A stretch of 64,000 nucleotides of DNA from the human T2T-CHM13v2.0 reference genome, Homo sapiens (GCA_009914755.4 CP068257.2:35040001-35104000); one strand, 5' to 3'; positions 16,728 through 32,666 are shown, counted from the first letter of the stretch. The notes: a model not told the origin generated them from the sequence alone. Translations and numbers: made by a program.

Positions 16728-17333
16728 GGTGCCATGCCAGGTCCAGGCCCCAGCCTTCAGAAGCCGTGGCAGAGTCTGCATTTACACTACTGGGAGCCGG
16801 GAGCTGCCACAAAAGAAGTGCAGTGACCCTGCTGAAGAGACCATGTGGAGAAGCCAGAGGAGAGAGAGAGACCATGGGACCACATGGAGGAAGGCAGGCC
16901 CCCAACTCCAGCTAAGCCTGGCCTTCTAGATGCCCCTTCTTCCCACCTCTTTGGAACTGGCTTTGAGTTTTGCCTCACTCCTGTCCCATTCCAGGGCCTG
17001 GTTCTCAGGACTGGAACCCCTAGTGCTTTCTGGGTCCTGGAGCACTTCCTCAGAGGCAGCTCAGAATCAGCCAGTCCTGCCCCAGGGCTTCTGTTACATG
17101 TGGGGAACCATCTTGGATGTCTCTGCCCAGTGGAGCCACTGCAGCTTCAAGCAATGTCATCTGCAGCAGAAGAGCCACCCAGCTCATCCCAGTCAACCCA
17201 CAGAATCATGAGGCATCTATAACCTTGAGGAAGAAGAGACTCTTACAGATATAGGCGTTGTAGGCAAAACCAGGTGTAGATAAATGGCTGGTTCTTGGTT
17301 GGCTATTCTCAGCAGATGTGCTGATAATAGTAA

Positions 17334-17678
<345 letters not shown>

Positions 17679-17801
17679 TGAGTAGGAGCTTCCCAGAGAA
17701 TCCAGCCAAAAGTTAACCCTTAGGTCTTAGTGTCATATGACTCTAATATTGTTAACACACACAGGAAGGCCTTCTTCTAAATAGTAGTATTAATAAACAC
17801 T

Positions 17802-18120
<319 letters not shown>

Positions 18121-20060
18121 TAAATCTTACCAAATAAAACATCAAATTATCAAATAAAACAAAACATCAAATTAACAAATACTGAAACAAATCAATCATA
18201 AAAACAAACTCATCGTTAAATACGTGCCTTAGGGCCAGAAACTTGACCACTCTGTGGAACTGTAGAGACAAAGTGGTACTCACTTATGTAACCATGCACA
18301 CCTCATCCCAGAGTCAGAAATAAAAAACACAACATACCTGAGACAAACAAACAAAACAAGGTCACCTAAAATGAGGAAAACCTTGTGCCTTTCCTGTAAG
18401 TTACTCACTCCTCAATGAAACCTTTACCCCAGACTTTTGCAATGCTGCTGCTTAAGGATTTATCAGGACCTTTGTGGATATGACAATTGTGTGATGAATT
18501 TTGTTTCTCTGCCATGCACAGACTACTATAAACTCAGTGGCCTTTGTAATTTTTGCGTTTGTTTACTTTAAATGCCTGTTTTATTTGATGATCCATTTCT
18601 TCTAGCCCCGGAACATCCTTGCAGATCTTTTTCAAGCAAACTTTTTTTTTCCCCAAATGCTTTTGTCTCAAAATCTTCCATTCCCAGAGACTCTGAACTC
18701 AGAGAGGGCAGGCACAGCAGGGGGTGGGGGTGGGCACTGCATGGAAACAGGAGAATTAAGCGAAGATCTATGTCCTGAATAGCCATGTACTCCCACTCAG
18801 CTCCCAGAACATTGAAAATGAGGTGCCTTTTTTCCAGGCAAGAAATTGGAGGATTTGTCTCTGAAGAATCTAAATGGCCTCAGTAAAAATACTGCTGAGA
18901 TTAACAGTTAGGGCCCCCGGTTAAAACAAACAAACAAACAAACAGCCCTCCAATCACCCTGCAGAGAAGCCCAACCACCACATGTCCCAGTAAACTCTGC
19001 AGACCTTCCCTGCAGGCTCCTTCTCTTACAGGAGAACTCTCCAGGATCTTTCCTTTTTTGTTGGTTTGTTTTGTTCTCTATCATATTAGACACCATTCTC
19101 TTACACAGGTTACAGACATTTTTCCCCAGCATTTTAATATGAGATGGTCTCTCACGCGACAGGCAAAAAAACAAACAGGAGAAAAGACAAATGTGGGCAG
19201 CAGATGAGAAGCTCAAAAATTAAAAACAAAATTTTTAAAGAGAATACAGTGCATCCATAAAACAAGAACAGAATGATAGAGAAAAAGAGGGCACAATCAG
19301 AGAGCAAGAATGGGCTTTTAGAAAGTAACGATGCATTTGCTAAAATGAAAAATTCAGTAGTCTGATTGGAAGATGGAGTGAAAAAATTATCCCAGAAAGT
19401 AGAACAAAATGACAGAGATAAACCAGAGGAGAAAAAGATAAAAAGAAAAGCAAAAAGTCAATTCAGAAGCCAACATCCAACAACAGGTGGTCTAGAGAAG
19501 ACAGATAATACAGAGAGGAAAAAAAATTAAAGAAGGAAGACCCCAAACAACTGCCACCACTGAAATGCATGATTTTCCAGACTGAATAGGCCAGAGAGTA
19601 CCCAGCACAATGAATGGAGCAAAGCCCCCATAAAGATTGTTTCAAAAAAAAATCTTAAGGTCTTTCACAAGGAAAAAATAGTTTCTATTTCTAAAAATTA
19701 GGATGATATCAACTTCTCAACAGCAACATTGATGCTGGAAGACAGTAAAGCAACAGCTTCAAATACAATTTCCAGACTCTAGAATTATATAACTAGACAA
19801 CAATTCGAGAATGAATGTAGAATGAAGACACAGATTGGCAAAATCCCAAACATGTGGACTCCCATGCATCCTTTCTCAGGAAGCTAATTGAAAATGTGCT
19901 TCTCCAATAAATGATCCAAGTAAGACACGATGAGAGACAGAGAGAGAGAGAGAAACTAACACATGGGAGGCATGAGGTATCACAGCCCAGTAGAGTCTGA
20001 TGGGGAATGGCAAATATATGGTCTCAAAGTCACCCACAAAAATACTTACTAATTACATTA

Positions 20061-20384
<324 letters not shown>

Positions 20385-21115
20385 TAAAAAAAAAGAAGAA
20401 GAAGAAGAAGAAAAGAAAATAAACTTACTAATTACAAAGAGAATTGAAACAAATTCCCGGTGGGGAAGACAGATATCACCTTAATCAAATGAGGAAATTT
20501 AACATCAATAGTAATAGGGCCAATGAAAATCATGTACACTTGAAAGGATGCAATGAGAACACAGCGCTCTGGCCAGTGATGCCTCACCTGGATCTAATCA
20601 CAGGCAGCAGCGGACAGAAAGGCAGAGGGGCTGCTTCAGAGCAAAGGAAACTCATGAGACATGACAGCTAAATGAAATACATGATCCGGGATCGGATCCT
20701 GGGTCAGGGAGAAAAAAGTTATAAAGCACCTTGGTGGAAAAATTAATGAACTTCAAAGATTAATTCTGGGTTAAATAATAGCAGTCCTTTGACAGGAAAT
20801 TTTCTAATTTTAATAATTGTATCAAGGTTATGTAAGAGAGTAATCTTGTTCTTAGGAAATATACACTAAAGTATTTGGGGATAAAGGGTAAAGGATATCT
20901 CCAACCTATTTTCAAATGAATCAGAGAGAGAGAAAATGATTCATCAAATGGGAGGAAATGTAAACAATGTGTGAATTTAGGTAGAAGGTACATGAGTGTT
21001 CTTGCAACACTCATGTAAGTTGGGAATTATATAAAAAGTTACTAAAAGGCTCATTCATTTTATTATTATTTCATTTCCCCCAAAATTTACATTTTATAGT
21101 TAAAAATGTGGTATT

Positions 21116-21425
<310 letters not shown>

Positions 21426-21650
21426 TTACTAAAGGAACCAATGAACTAAAAGGCAATATAACAGAAGTTAAAGAGCATCTACCCAGAGGTAGACAGTAGG
21501 CTAATTAACCTCCCTATACCTCACCTTCCTCATCGGTCAAAGTGACTAATAATAGTACCTATACCATAAATTTTGAGGATTGTATAACGTAAAACGGGTA
21601 GCATCCATACCACCTTATTAAAAAAGCTCATTTTAAGAAACATACCCTTG

Positions 21651-21930
21651 GGCAGGGCAGGGTGGCCCACGCTTCTAATCCTAGCACTTTGGGAGGTCAA
21701 GGTGCGTGGATCGCTTAAGCTCAGAAGTTTGAGACCAGCCTGGGCAACATGGCGAAACCCTGTCTCTACAAAAAATACAAAATCAGTCAGGCATGGTGGC
21801 ATGTGCTGGTAGTCCCAGCTACTCAGGGGGCCGAGGTGGGAGGATAACCTGAGCCTGGGAGACAGAGGTTGCAGTGAGCTGAGATTGTGCCACTGCCCTC
21901 CAGCCTGAGCGACAGAGCCAGAACTTGTCA
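21651..21930 (+). mobile_element. Alu SINE
   Basis: ggcagggcagggtggcccacgcttctaatcctagcactttgggaggtcaagg...cactgccctccagcctgagcgacagagccagaacttgtc. Confidence 0.9.
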
Positions 21931-21946
21931 AAAAGAAGAAAGAAAG

Positions 21947-21997
<51 letters not shown>

Positions 21998-22033
21998 AGA
22001 AAGAAAGAAAGAAGAAAAGAAAAGAAAAGAAAA
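21931..22033. repeat. (GAAA)n microsatellite grown from the Alu tail
   Basis: aaagaagaaagaaagagaaagaaagaaagaaag... about 22 units. Confidence 0.95.
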
Positions 22034-22939
22034 CTGTTATGGACATAACCCCTCTCTTGTTCTGGTTGCTCAGATCACAGCATGCAATGTCAATATTGTG
22101 TGGCTTATTTGTGCAGTTTGTTCTTTTATATGCCTGATATTCAAATTTTGTTAAGGATCCTATACAGAAAGAAGGTGACAAGAGCCCCATGTTGCTCTGA
22201 CATGTCCCACTATTTCCCAAGACCTATCTCGTTTTTTCTTTCTTTACATTTCAGAAGCATCCCTGCTCCAAGAGAACAAAGGCAAGCTCATAGACACATC
22301 CTTCTTTGTAAACACAGTAAAGAGGAGGGGAAAAAATAAAAGGCACATCCCTCAATAACTGGGCTCTGGAAGGCAATACACTGGAGATAGTTACCTGTGA
22401 TCTGGAGACATGAACCTAGAATAGAAGAAGTGCCATATTAGATGTCTATTTCCATCTATGAAGAAGTGTCTTAGCAAACTTTGTATTAGGAACAACTACA
22501 CTAGCTGGATAAAATACAAAAGACAGCATTCAGAGTGCCTGAGAGAACAAACAAGACATCCAGATTGGATCCTGGAGAGGTCCTGAGGAAACACATTGAG
22601 GTGAGCCCCATTCTAGCCTCTACTTTTTCCCTCGGAGCATCTGCCGATTTGAAGTACAGGCCACAGGGGATGAATAAAAAGCAGTAGCGGGGAACTTGCA
22701 TCGGTCTCATTGAGAAGGCTGGAAAGAAAAACTATTTGAATGTAGAACTACCAAGGCAGCCAGTACTTGAGGGGCAAAAATTCAGGGGAAGGGGGGACTG
22801 CAGAGATATGAGCTTCACATTCCATGTGGCTTTTGCTATAGGTATTTCCAGCTCAGGACTGAAAAACAAATAGCTGCTGTAAAGAAATTACAAATCAAAA
22901 CAACAACAGTCTTATTGACTTCAAAAATGTACCCCCAAA

Positions 22940-23340
22940 ATTCACGTCTTCCCTAAATCTCAGAAAGCGATATTTGGGCATGTAATAAGTAAGCATCTTG
23001 AGATGAAATCTTCCTGGATTTACAGTGGTCTCTAATCCAATGACTGGTGTCCTTATAGGAAGAGGTGATGACACAGAGACACACAGAGGGGAAGATGTGG
23101 CCAAGGAGACAGAGATTAGAGTGAGGCAGCCACGGCCAAGGAGTGCCTGGGGCCAGGCTGGGAAAGGTAAAGAAGGATTCTTCCATGGGGCCTTCAGAGG
23201 AACCATGGCCTTCCTGACACCTTGATTTCAGAGTTCTAGCTTCCAGAACTGTGAGAGAATAAATTTCTTTTTCAAAAACCACCCCATTTGTGGTAATTTA
23301 CTTACTTCAGCTCCAGGAAACCATACAAGTCTAATGGTGC
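22940..23340 (+). mobile_element. MaLR-related LTR-like repeat, near full length
   Basis: ...gtgtccttataggaagaggtgatgacacagagacacacagagg...ccaaggagtgcctggggccagg...caccttgatttcagagttctagcttccagaactgtgagagaataaatttc...accccatttgtggtaatttac. This matches the family I know as ...cagcctccagaactgtgagaaataaatttctgttgtttaagccacccagtct... Confidence 0.5.
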
Positions 23341-23829
23341 TGAAGATATAAAAATCATCATTCAGGGCCTGCCAGAGAAGAGGGACCCTGGTAAATACCC
23401 CAGGCTTTCAGTTGTGATCCCAGAAGGACTGTGCCCCAGTATAAAGGAAATCAGACTTAGTCTTGACACAAGACTAAATTTTCTCAGGGATGAAAAATAC
23501 CGCACCAAAAAGTGCATACAAGACATGCAGAGCCAGCATGAAGATCTAACATAGGTATAATTGCAGTGGAGAAGAGCTGAGAGGATGGGGACAAGCAATA
23601 TTTGAAAAGATACTAAACTGGAAAGTTTCCAAAACTGATGAAAGACATCAAACCACAGAATCAAGATGCTCTGCCAACTCCAAAGAGGATAAATTATTTC
23701 TAGGAAAATCAGTAAAACTGATGAAAACCAAGACCAAAAAATATATTTTTTCTTCCCCAGCTTTATTAGGTATAACTGACAAATACAAATTGCGTATATT
23801 CAAGGTGTACAACATGATTTGATATACAC

Positions 23830-24214
23830 TAATATGGTTTGGCTCTGTGTCCCCACCCAAATCTCATCTCAAATTGTAATCCCCACATGTTGATGGAGGG
23901 GCCTGTAATCACCAGGTGTCGAGGGAGGGGGGTGATTGGATTATGAGGGCGGTTCCCCCCCATACTGTTCTCGTGATAGTGAGTGAGTCTCACAAGATCT
24001 GATGGTTTTATAAGTGTTTGCCAGTTCCTCCTTCATTCACTTTTGCTCTCCTGCCTCCTTGCAAAGAAGGTGCCTGCTTCCCCTTCCACCGTGATTGTAA
24101 ATTTCCTGAGGTCTCCCCAGCCGTGTGGAACTGTGAGCCAATTAAACCTCTTTCCTTTATAAATTACCCAGTCTCAGGCAGTTCTTTACAGCAGCATGAG
24201 AACAGACTAATACA
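23830..24214 (+). mobile_element. THE1/MST-type MaLR solo LTR
   Basis: taatatggtttggctctgtgtccccacccaaatctcatctcaaattgtaatcccc...gccgtgtggaactgtgagccaattaaacctctttcctttataaattacccagtctcaggc...gactaataca. Confidence 0.75.
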
Positions 24215-24268
24215 CACACATACACAGTGAATTTATTATCACAACCAAATTAATTAACATCAGAATTA

Positions 24269-24300
24269 GTTACCGTGTGTGTGTGTGTGGGTGTGTGTGA
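24269..24300. repeat. (GT)n microsatellite
   Basis: gtgtgtgtgtgtgtgggtgtgtgtgatgtgg. Confidence 0.85.
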
Positions 24301-25883
24301 TGTGGCACTTAAAATCTACTCTCTTTAGTGTGGGAGGGGAGTGAGGGATGAGAAATTACCTAATAGGTACAATGTACAGTATTCAGGTGATGGTCACATT
24401 AGAATCCCAGTCGTCACCACTACACAATATCTCCATGTAACAAAACTGCACTTGTACTCTCTAAATCTATAAAAATAAAAATTCATAAAATAAGATAAAA
24501 TTCATAAAATCTACTCTTTTCACAGATTTCAAGTGAAAAATATAATATTATTAACTTTAATCACCATGCTGAACCCCCAAAAGCTTTAAAATAGCTAGAG
24601 AAAAGAAAAAACACATTACCTTTAAAGGAGCAAAAACGTAAGACCAACAACTGACTTTTCAACAAGAGCAACAGAACATGGTAACTAATTCTGATAATGG
24701 AATATAAAGATACCTATTTAATGGGGGTGGGGAGAGGAGAGGAGTATCTACCTGCCACCAACATCATACTTAATGGTGAAATACTGAAAGATTTCCCCTT
24801 GAGACCAGGAATAAGGAAAGCATGTCTGCTCTCACCATTTCGATTGAAAATTGTATTGGAAGTTCTAGTCCATTGCACTAAGTCAAGAAATAAATAACAG
24901 AAAAGAAGGACTGTAAAGGATAAAATTGTAATTCTTTGCAGACAGCATGGCATGCTCTCTGGGCTACTTGGCAGGTGTGAGCCCTTCACCCATCTCTAGT
25001 GCAGGTACCAGGAGTGTTCTGGCACAGAGATTATGATCCTTTGGGGGTCTACCCTATGTGCTGGGTTGAGGAAGCAGATGCTTGGGAAGGAGAGATGCCT
25101 GGCTTGATTTAGCTGCTTCTGGCCAGGCACAGGGCATTTGTCTAGGGGCTGGCAGGAAGGGGAGCCTGGCAGCTAGTGGAGTGCACATGGGTGCACTGAG
25201 TTGCAAAGTGGGGCCCTTCGTAATGCAAGGGTCTAGATCTTCCATGAAAGTATTATATCCTCATGCCCAAGGGAAAGTGGCATTAAATAGCAACAAACAA
25301 AAATCAAAACCACCATCACAAGTGAAGAGAGAAACTGAAGAAAGAGAAAAAAATGTGCTTCGAATTTTAGTACCTTCAATGTCACTTGTTCCTACTTCTT
25401 GAACAAGGGTCTCACATTTTTATTGTGCACTGGGCCCTCCAAATGATGTAGATTGCCCTGCTCCCCTTTGTACCTCAAGGCATAGCTTAGAGCAGAGTTC
25501 AAAAAAGGGGAGACACAGCAGGAGTCACATAGCTGAGACCATCCTTCTGAGGCCGGAAGATCATGGAGCTGGTGAAGCCTGCTCTCCAGCCCCATGCCTC
25601 ACATGCCTGTGATGCACTCCTGAACACCTCCCTGCACTGGGCTCAGATGGAAGAAGTCTGAACAACAGATGTGCACGTCAAGGGGGTACCCTTGGAGAAC
25701 TAAACATTCTTCTTTTAATACCCTGACTTACACTTTCTCTTTGAGATACATTTTTTCATTTGTAGATAGTTTGGTATGTACATCTAAAACAGAAGGGCTC
25801 TTTCCTAAAATATGTAATTACAATATCACTGTCGATCATATTTCTCAAGGATGAAAAATACTGTACTAAAAAAATTGACACTT

Positions 25884-26227
<344 letters not shown>

Positions 26228-28275
26228 TCATGTCTTGGTAACATCGAGTATCCAGTCAGTCTTCACATCTCCCTGATTTTCTTATACATTTGCCTGAATT
26301 AAAATGCAAACAAGATTCCCACTTTGCATGTGGTTGATATGCCTCTCAGGTGTCTTTTCAACTATGGGTTTCCTTCCTCCCCACTCCCTTTTTTCTCCTT
26401 GCCACTCATTTGTTGAAGGAACTGGGCTGTCTTTCCGATAATTTCCCATATTCTAGACTTGCTGGTAGCATCCTATGACACTGTTTCACATATTCCTCCA
26501 TCCCTGGATTTCCTGAAAACCTGTGGTTAGGATGTCTAGTTAGGGACTGAATCAGATTCACAGCTGATGTTTTTAGCAAGACTGTTTTATAAGGGGTATG
26601 TACTCCATCAGGAGGCAAGTGAGATCTCCAAATCACTCTGGAGAAACCTCCTTCTCTCTCTTCCCTTCTCCCTACGTGCCTCTCTTCCTCCCTTCCTCTC
26701 TCTGTTAGCAGTCGTTGATGATAAGCTGATCATTGCTAAGTTCTATAATCCCAACAAAGGTTTACAAAATGCTTTATCCTCATTCTATCCACCCTTCTTT
26801 TATGCTTCCATTAGAATATTTCCATAGGGACAAATTTTCCCTTGTTAACTATCTATTTAGCTATAGACATAATTCCAATGTTATATTTGCAGCATTTCAT
26901 ACGTGTTCTCCCTGGAACTTTATTCCCTACTAGGGTATAAAGAGGAAAACTGAGCAAAAACAAGGAGCCCCTGTGGATACCTATTTCCTTAATTCAAGTA
27001 ACTGATATTCCACCTATATATCTTTCAACTCAGAATATGTAGGGCCATGCAAGTATTTTGTTTATTTCATGGTTATTCCTGTAGCCTTTTGGCATTTGAC
27101 ATTGTAAGTCACAATCATGATTAATACATGAGCTCTGGGAAACTTTGATTGATAGATCACTAATATTTTTAAGGAGTAGCTCACAATTACCAGACTGCAC
27201 TCAAAACAGCAGAAATTCTCTCCAAGAAAATGTGTAAATAGCTAGTTTCTACAGGAGAGGAAACCTCTCTGAGTTTGTCACCTTCAGCTTTGGTTCACAC
27301 TCCACCTGACCCATTTAATTATACAAGGGCATCAGTCATTGAAAGCTAAAATTAACAGTTCATGACTTTTGCCAGAGAGCTCTGATATCTCCAGTGGAAA
27401 TTTTCCATACTGCTCTTGTGACAGACTGACATCCACTGATGTTGCCACAGAGAAACAAAAAATAAGAAATGAGGTTTTTGCCTTGGTTTTTCAGTAATTG
27501 CCACATGGACAGCCTGCCTGGTCTTGGTGACAACCCCACTTTGGTCACATTCACATAACACATAGTTTTTAGTCATTGACTGTGGGCCTGGTGCTGAGAG
27601 TAAAGAAGTGCACAAGACAAAGAGCCTGTGCCCAGAGCCAGGAGAGCTGGCCTCCTACACCAGCCCCAGCACTCACTGGCCACATGGGTTCAGGCCAAGT
27701 CTTGAAAATCACATAGATTCGAGGCATTGGAAGAGTTCCCAGGGAAAGAGGCACTCCACACCAAGTCAGGAAGAGCCAGATTAAATTCCCAGCTCCCTCC
27801 CTTACCATCTGTGTGGCATGAGCCTGAGGTCACTTAGAAATGGTCAGAAAGGAAGAAGCAGATGAAATGGGAGAGTGCAAGGAAGATCCAGGGGAAACCA
27901 CATAGCTATCGTTTCTTCTTTAATCAGGGTGTAACATTCATATAGTAAAATGTAATAACATGCACCAATCTTAAGCACACAACATAAGGAACTCTTCACA
28001 TGAATCCCATATAACCACCACCCAGATCAAGATATAGAACATTTCCAGCACCCACAGTAGACAGACATTTTAATGTGAAAATACCAAAAGTTGAATCCCA
28101 CAACTTCTATTATGTTACCACAATCAGTCCTGCCTCACTCCAGTGCCAACTCCTTACCAGTGGAGATGGGTTTACAGTTCCTTGTTCTACCCTCCTGGTG
28201 ACCAAGAGCACCACTTACAGACTAGCCTACTGATCTGGGGTTACAGATGGAGCCTATAGATCTGTCTTAGACTTT

Positions 28276-28594
<319 letters not shown>

Positions 28595-28739
28595 TGGCTT
28601 AGACTTCTAATGTATAATGAGTTAACTGGCCAGTGCTGCACTGGCAAAATATACAAAATATTGTCCCCTTCTTATTTTACTAGCTAACCAGCCCAGATTT
28701 TCTTTATATTACAAAGTGTACTAAATATCATAAAATTAC

Positions 28740-29228
28740 TACATGGGCAATAAAAGTTGCGGGGATGTAACAGCATCCTTCTTAATAGCCAACTGGTGGG
28801 AACCACTCAAAAGTCCATCAACAGATGAATGGATAAACAAAATGTGGTTTATCTATACAATGGAATATTATTTAGCCATAAAAAGGAATGAAATTCTAAT
28901 ATACGCTACAACATGGATGGACCTTGAAAAACCTTATACTGAGTGAAAGAAACCAGACACAAAAGACCACATACTATTCTATATATTTCCATTCATACAC
29001 ACATCCAGAACAGGTAACTCTGTAGAGACAGAAAGTAGATTAGTGATTGCTTGGACCTGGTGTTCAGGGTGGAGGGATAGGAGGTTAATAGCTAAAGGGT
29101 ATGGGGTTTGTTTTAGAACATTTTGATAAAATGTTCTAAAATTATAATGTTGTTTGCACCTATTTGCGAATATACTACAAGCCATTAAATTGTACACTTT
29201 AAATGGGTGAGTTGTATGGTATGTGATT
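28740..29228 (+). mobile_element. L1 (LINE-1) 3' fragment covering the end of ORF2 and the 3'UTR, from an older subfamily
   Basis: ...ccaactggtgggaaccactcaaaagtccatcaacagatgaatggataaacaaaatgtggtttatctatacaatggaatattatttagccataaaaaggaatgaaat...cactttaaatgggtgagttgtatggtatgtga. This is the typical ending of the L1 3'UTR. Confidence 0.8.
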
Positions 29229-29303
29229 GCTATGGTTTGAATGTCTGTCGCCTCCAAAACTCCTGGTGAAACTTAGTCCCCATTGTAACAGTATTAAGAG
29301 TTG
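29229..29303 (+). mobile_element. 5' piece of a MaLR-related LTR-like repeat, interrupted by two Alus. It resumes at 29931.
   Basis: ttgctatggtttgaatgtctgtcgcctccaaaactcctggtgaaacttagtccccattgtaacagtattaagagttgg. This is the ...ggtttgaatgtgtcccc...aatgtgatggtattaggaggtgggg... family start. Confidence 0.45.
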
Positions 29304-29304
29304 G

Positions 29305-29609
29305 GGCCGGGCCAAGTGCAGTGGCTCATGCCTATAATCCCAGCAATTTGGGAGGCTGAGGCAGGCGGACCGCTTGAGCTCAGGAATTTGAGAGCAATCT
29401 GGGTGACACGTCAAAACTTCATCTCTACAAAAAATACAAAAATTAGTTGGGCATGGTGGTTTGCACCTGTAGTCCCAGCTACTTGGGAAGCTGAGGCAGG
29501 AGGATCACCTGAGCCTGGGAGGCAAAGCTGCAGTGAACCAAGCCACACCACTGCATTCCAGCTTGGGCAACAAGAGGGAGATCCTGTCTCAAAAAAAAAA
29601 AAAAAAAAA
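29305..29609 (+). mobile_element. Alu SINE
   Basis: ggccgggccaagtgcagtggctcatgcctataatcccagcaatttgggaggctgagg...cactgcattccagcttgggcaacaagagggagatcctgtctc plus a 25-nt poly-A. Confidence 0.95.
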
Positions 29610-29934
29610 GGCTGGGCACCCATGGCTCATGCTTGAACTCCCAGCACTTTGGGAGACCAAGGTGGGTGGATCACTTGAGGCCAGGAATTCAAGACCAGCC
29701 TGGCCAACTGGTCTCTATAAGTAGAAATCCCGTCTCTACTAAAAGTGCAAAAATTAGCTGGGCATGATGGTGGGCTCCTGTAATCCCAGCCAGTCAGCAG
29801 GCTGAGGCAGTAGAATTGCTTGAACCCGGGAGGTGGAGGTTGCAGAGATACAGTGAGCTGACATCGCACCACTGCACTCCAGCCTGCGCAACAGAGTGAA
29901 ACTTTGTCTCAAAAAAATAAAATAAAATGAAATG
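29610..29934 (+). mobile_element. Alu SINE immediately following the previous one, forming a head-to-tail pair
   Basis: ggctgggcacccatggctcatgcttgaactcccagcactttgggagaccaagg...caccactgcactccagcctgcgcaacagagtgaaactttgtctc plus A-rich tail. Confidence 0.95.
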
Positions 29935-30147
29935 AAGGTCACAAACACCGAGGAAAAAGCCAAGTGAACATAAAGGCAGACCGGAATAATCCAGCCACAA
30001 GCCAAGGAGTGCCTGGGGCCACCAGGAGCCGGAAGAGGCAGGAAGGACCCTTTTCTAGGGCCTTCGGAGGAAGGGCAGCCCTGCTGATACATTGATTTCA
30101 GACTTTTGGCTGGTCTGAACGGTGAGAAGAAATTTTTGTTGTTTCAA
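29931..30147 (+). mobile_element. 3' portion of the LTR-like repeat that the Alu pair split
   Basis: ccacaagccaaggagtgcctggggccaccaggagccggaagagg...ctgatacattgatttcagacttttggctggtctgaacggtgagaagaaatttttgttgtttcaagcc. Confidence 0.45.
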
Positions 30148-30245
30148 GCCAGGAGGCGGCGATTGCAGTGAGCCAAGATCGTACCACTGCACTCCATCCT
30201 GGGTGACAGAGCAAGACTCTGTCTCAAATAAATAAATAAATAAAT
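30148..30245 (+). mobile_element. Alu 3'-terminal fragment with an (AAAT)n tail
   Basis: aggaggcggcgattgcagtgagccaagatcgtaccactgcactccatcctgggtgacagagcaagactctgtctcaaataaataaataaataaatt. Confidence 0.85.
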
Positions 30246-32352
30246 TACTCAGTCCCAGGTATTCAGCTATAGCAACAGAAACGGGCTAAGACCATGATTA
30301 TATCTCAATAAAGCCATATTTAAGAAAAGAAAACAAGGGAGCAATACAAAGTAAATTGAACTGTAACTTAAGGTGTTATTACCCAAAGATACTCACGATC
30401 AGCATTGTGAGGAAGATCCCTCTGGTACTTTTCTACCTGTAATTTCGTTGTTATTTTACTTAATCATCATCATACAATACATAGAGTTTTATAGGACTGG
30501 AATGATTTCTAAGGTATAACAGTCAGATTTAGGTGCCAACACCAGAAATTTATTGAGCTATTTCAAGCACAAAGAGATTTAACAGAAGGACTCTTTGGTG
30601 TTTACGAAACTGTTAAAAAGACTGGGTAGAGACTCTCGACTGGCTTCCCAGGAATGGATCACACGCGGAACTGGCCAGCCAAGGCAGCTGTTAGCACTGC
30701 CACAGCCAATAATAGCATCAGGAAGCTGCCACTGTGACTGGTGAATCCAGCAACGGCCTTGTTAGCTGTGATTGAGGGATCTGAAAACCACCACTGGAAC
30801 TGCCGGCTTCAGAGCCTTGCCACTGGCACCTCTGCTAATGCTGCCAGGCACACACATATCCAGAAAAAGCATTCACTGATTGTGCTTACAGCAGAAACCA
30901 CAATGGCAGCCAAAGTGTGGCGGCCACTTTACTTCTCGAATAAATGCATCCAATTGGTCACACCTAATTGATATCAAGAACCTTAGCTGCAAGGGAGGCC
31001 GGAAAATACAATTATATATAGAAAGGTATTTACCAAACCATGTTAGAAGCTTTTAAACTATTTTAAAATAGCTACATAACTTTTCATTAAATATACATAC
31101 ATAGATATATATATATGCATTTAATTAATCAACCCCCCCACCTATTTAGGATACTTTGTTTCCAGAGTTTTATATTATGAATATTAAGAATCCAACATTT
31201 AATATTATAAATAATATAACGATACTGCCAATAATAACAACTACAGCTTATTTAATACTTCCTTCTTCCAGGCAGTGTGCTAGGTAGGCCCTTTTATATT
31301 CATTATATTTGTCAATCATTTTTTAGTTAAGACTCAACAACCTGCTTATGGGGTAACTATTAATCCCATTGTACACATAACAAAACTGAGGGTTAAAGAG
31401 AAGTCAGAGCTAGATTTAAGACCAAAGCTTGCATCTTTAACCAATATGCAAATACTCATGCAAAAAGACTTTTTTGGTCTTAGAAATGATCTCCACTGGA
31501 CAAATAACCAGAAATAGAATTACATACTGTTCAAGAGCTGTGAATGCTTCTAAATCCCTTGAGATACATGAATGAGCAGGCCAGATTCTCAGTTAACGTC
31601 ACTGTCAGGACTGTGAACACCTGCATGGCAGGAGCTCCCTTTTATCACTTGAAGGCCTGGCTCAGCGACTGGCACACTGTGGCCACTCCGTGGGTGTTTC
31701 CGTGAGTAACAGTGGGTGTGCAGGCAGAAGTGCATGAAGGCACTCCAGTCCAAAGAACTGCATTCCTTTTGCAGCACAAAGCACGAGCTGTATCTAGGCT
31801 AGTCCAGCTCTAGACCACACATGAAAGTGAGTGCCTGAAACATGCAACCCTCTATCTGCTTTAGCCACCTTCACGCACCAGCTAAGTCATCGCACTTTCC
31901 ATGACCATGTTGCCTGTGAAGAGAATGAACATGGTCTGATAAATCAGGCATCCAAGCAACTGTGCACAAGACTGCAGATTGCATCCATTGCTTTAGGTAG
32001 GTCAATGGGAGCAATTTTTAGCAAGTGCAACTGTGTCACTTTGGATTATTTAATAAGTTAACTGTCCTATTTAATACTGATTCTCTAAATCAATATTAGC
32101 GACTCATATGTATTGTCACAGTCCACCAATGCCCAGACAAGTTAGACTGTGAGCCCGAGGACTTCAGAAGATGCATTAACCACTGCAGGCCACCAAATAG
32201 CCTTCCTAAGCCTTGCCCTACTTCTCTACCAGGAAGGGGTTTATACTCACACAACTACCAGCTGAAGGGATTGGTATTGCTAATACCTTGGGACCTCCGT
32301 GTACTGCTTTTTCCTACAGAGCAAAGTGTAGAGGCAAAATGATTGCTCTTGG

Positions 32353-32666
32353 GGCCAGGCATGGTTGCTCACACCTGTAATCCCAGTACTTTGGGAGGCT
32401 GAGGTGGGGGGCGGGTGGATCACCTGAAGTCAGGAGTTAGAGACCAGCCTGGCCAACATAGTGAAACCCCGTCTCTACCAAAAATACAAAAATTAGCCTG
32501 GCGTGGTGGTGCACACCTGTAGTCCCATCTACTCTCTACTCGGGAGGCTGAGGCACGAGAACCACTTGAACCCAGGAGATGGAGGTTGCATGAACCAAGA
32601 TCATACCACTACACTCCATTCAGGTATCACAGCAAGACTCTGTCTCCAAAAAAAAAAAAAAAAAAA
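32353..32666 (+). mobile_element. Alu SINE with a 15-bp TSD (aatgattgctcttgg)
   Basis: ggccaggcatggttgctcacacctgtaatcccagtactttgggaggctgagg...gactctgtctcc plus a 24-nt poly-A. The flanks repeat aatgattgctcttgg. Confidence 0.95.
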
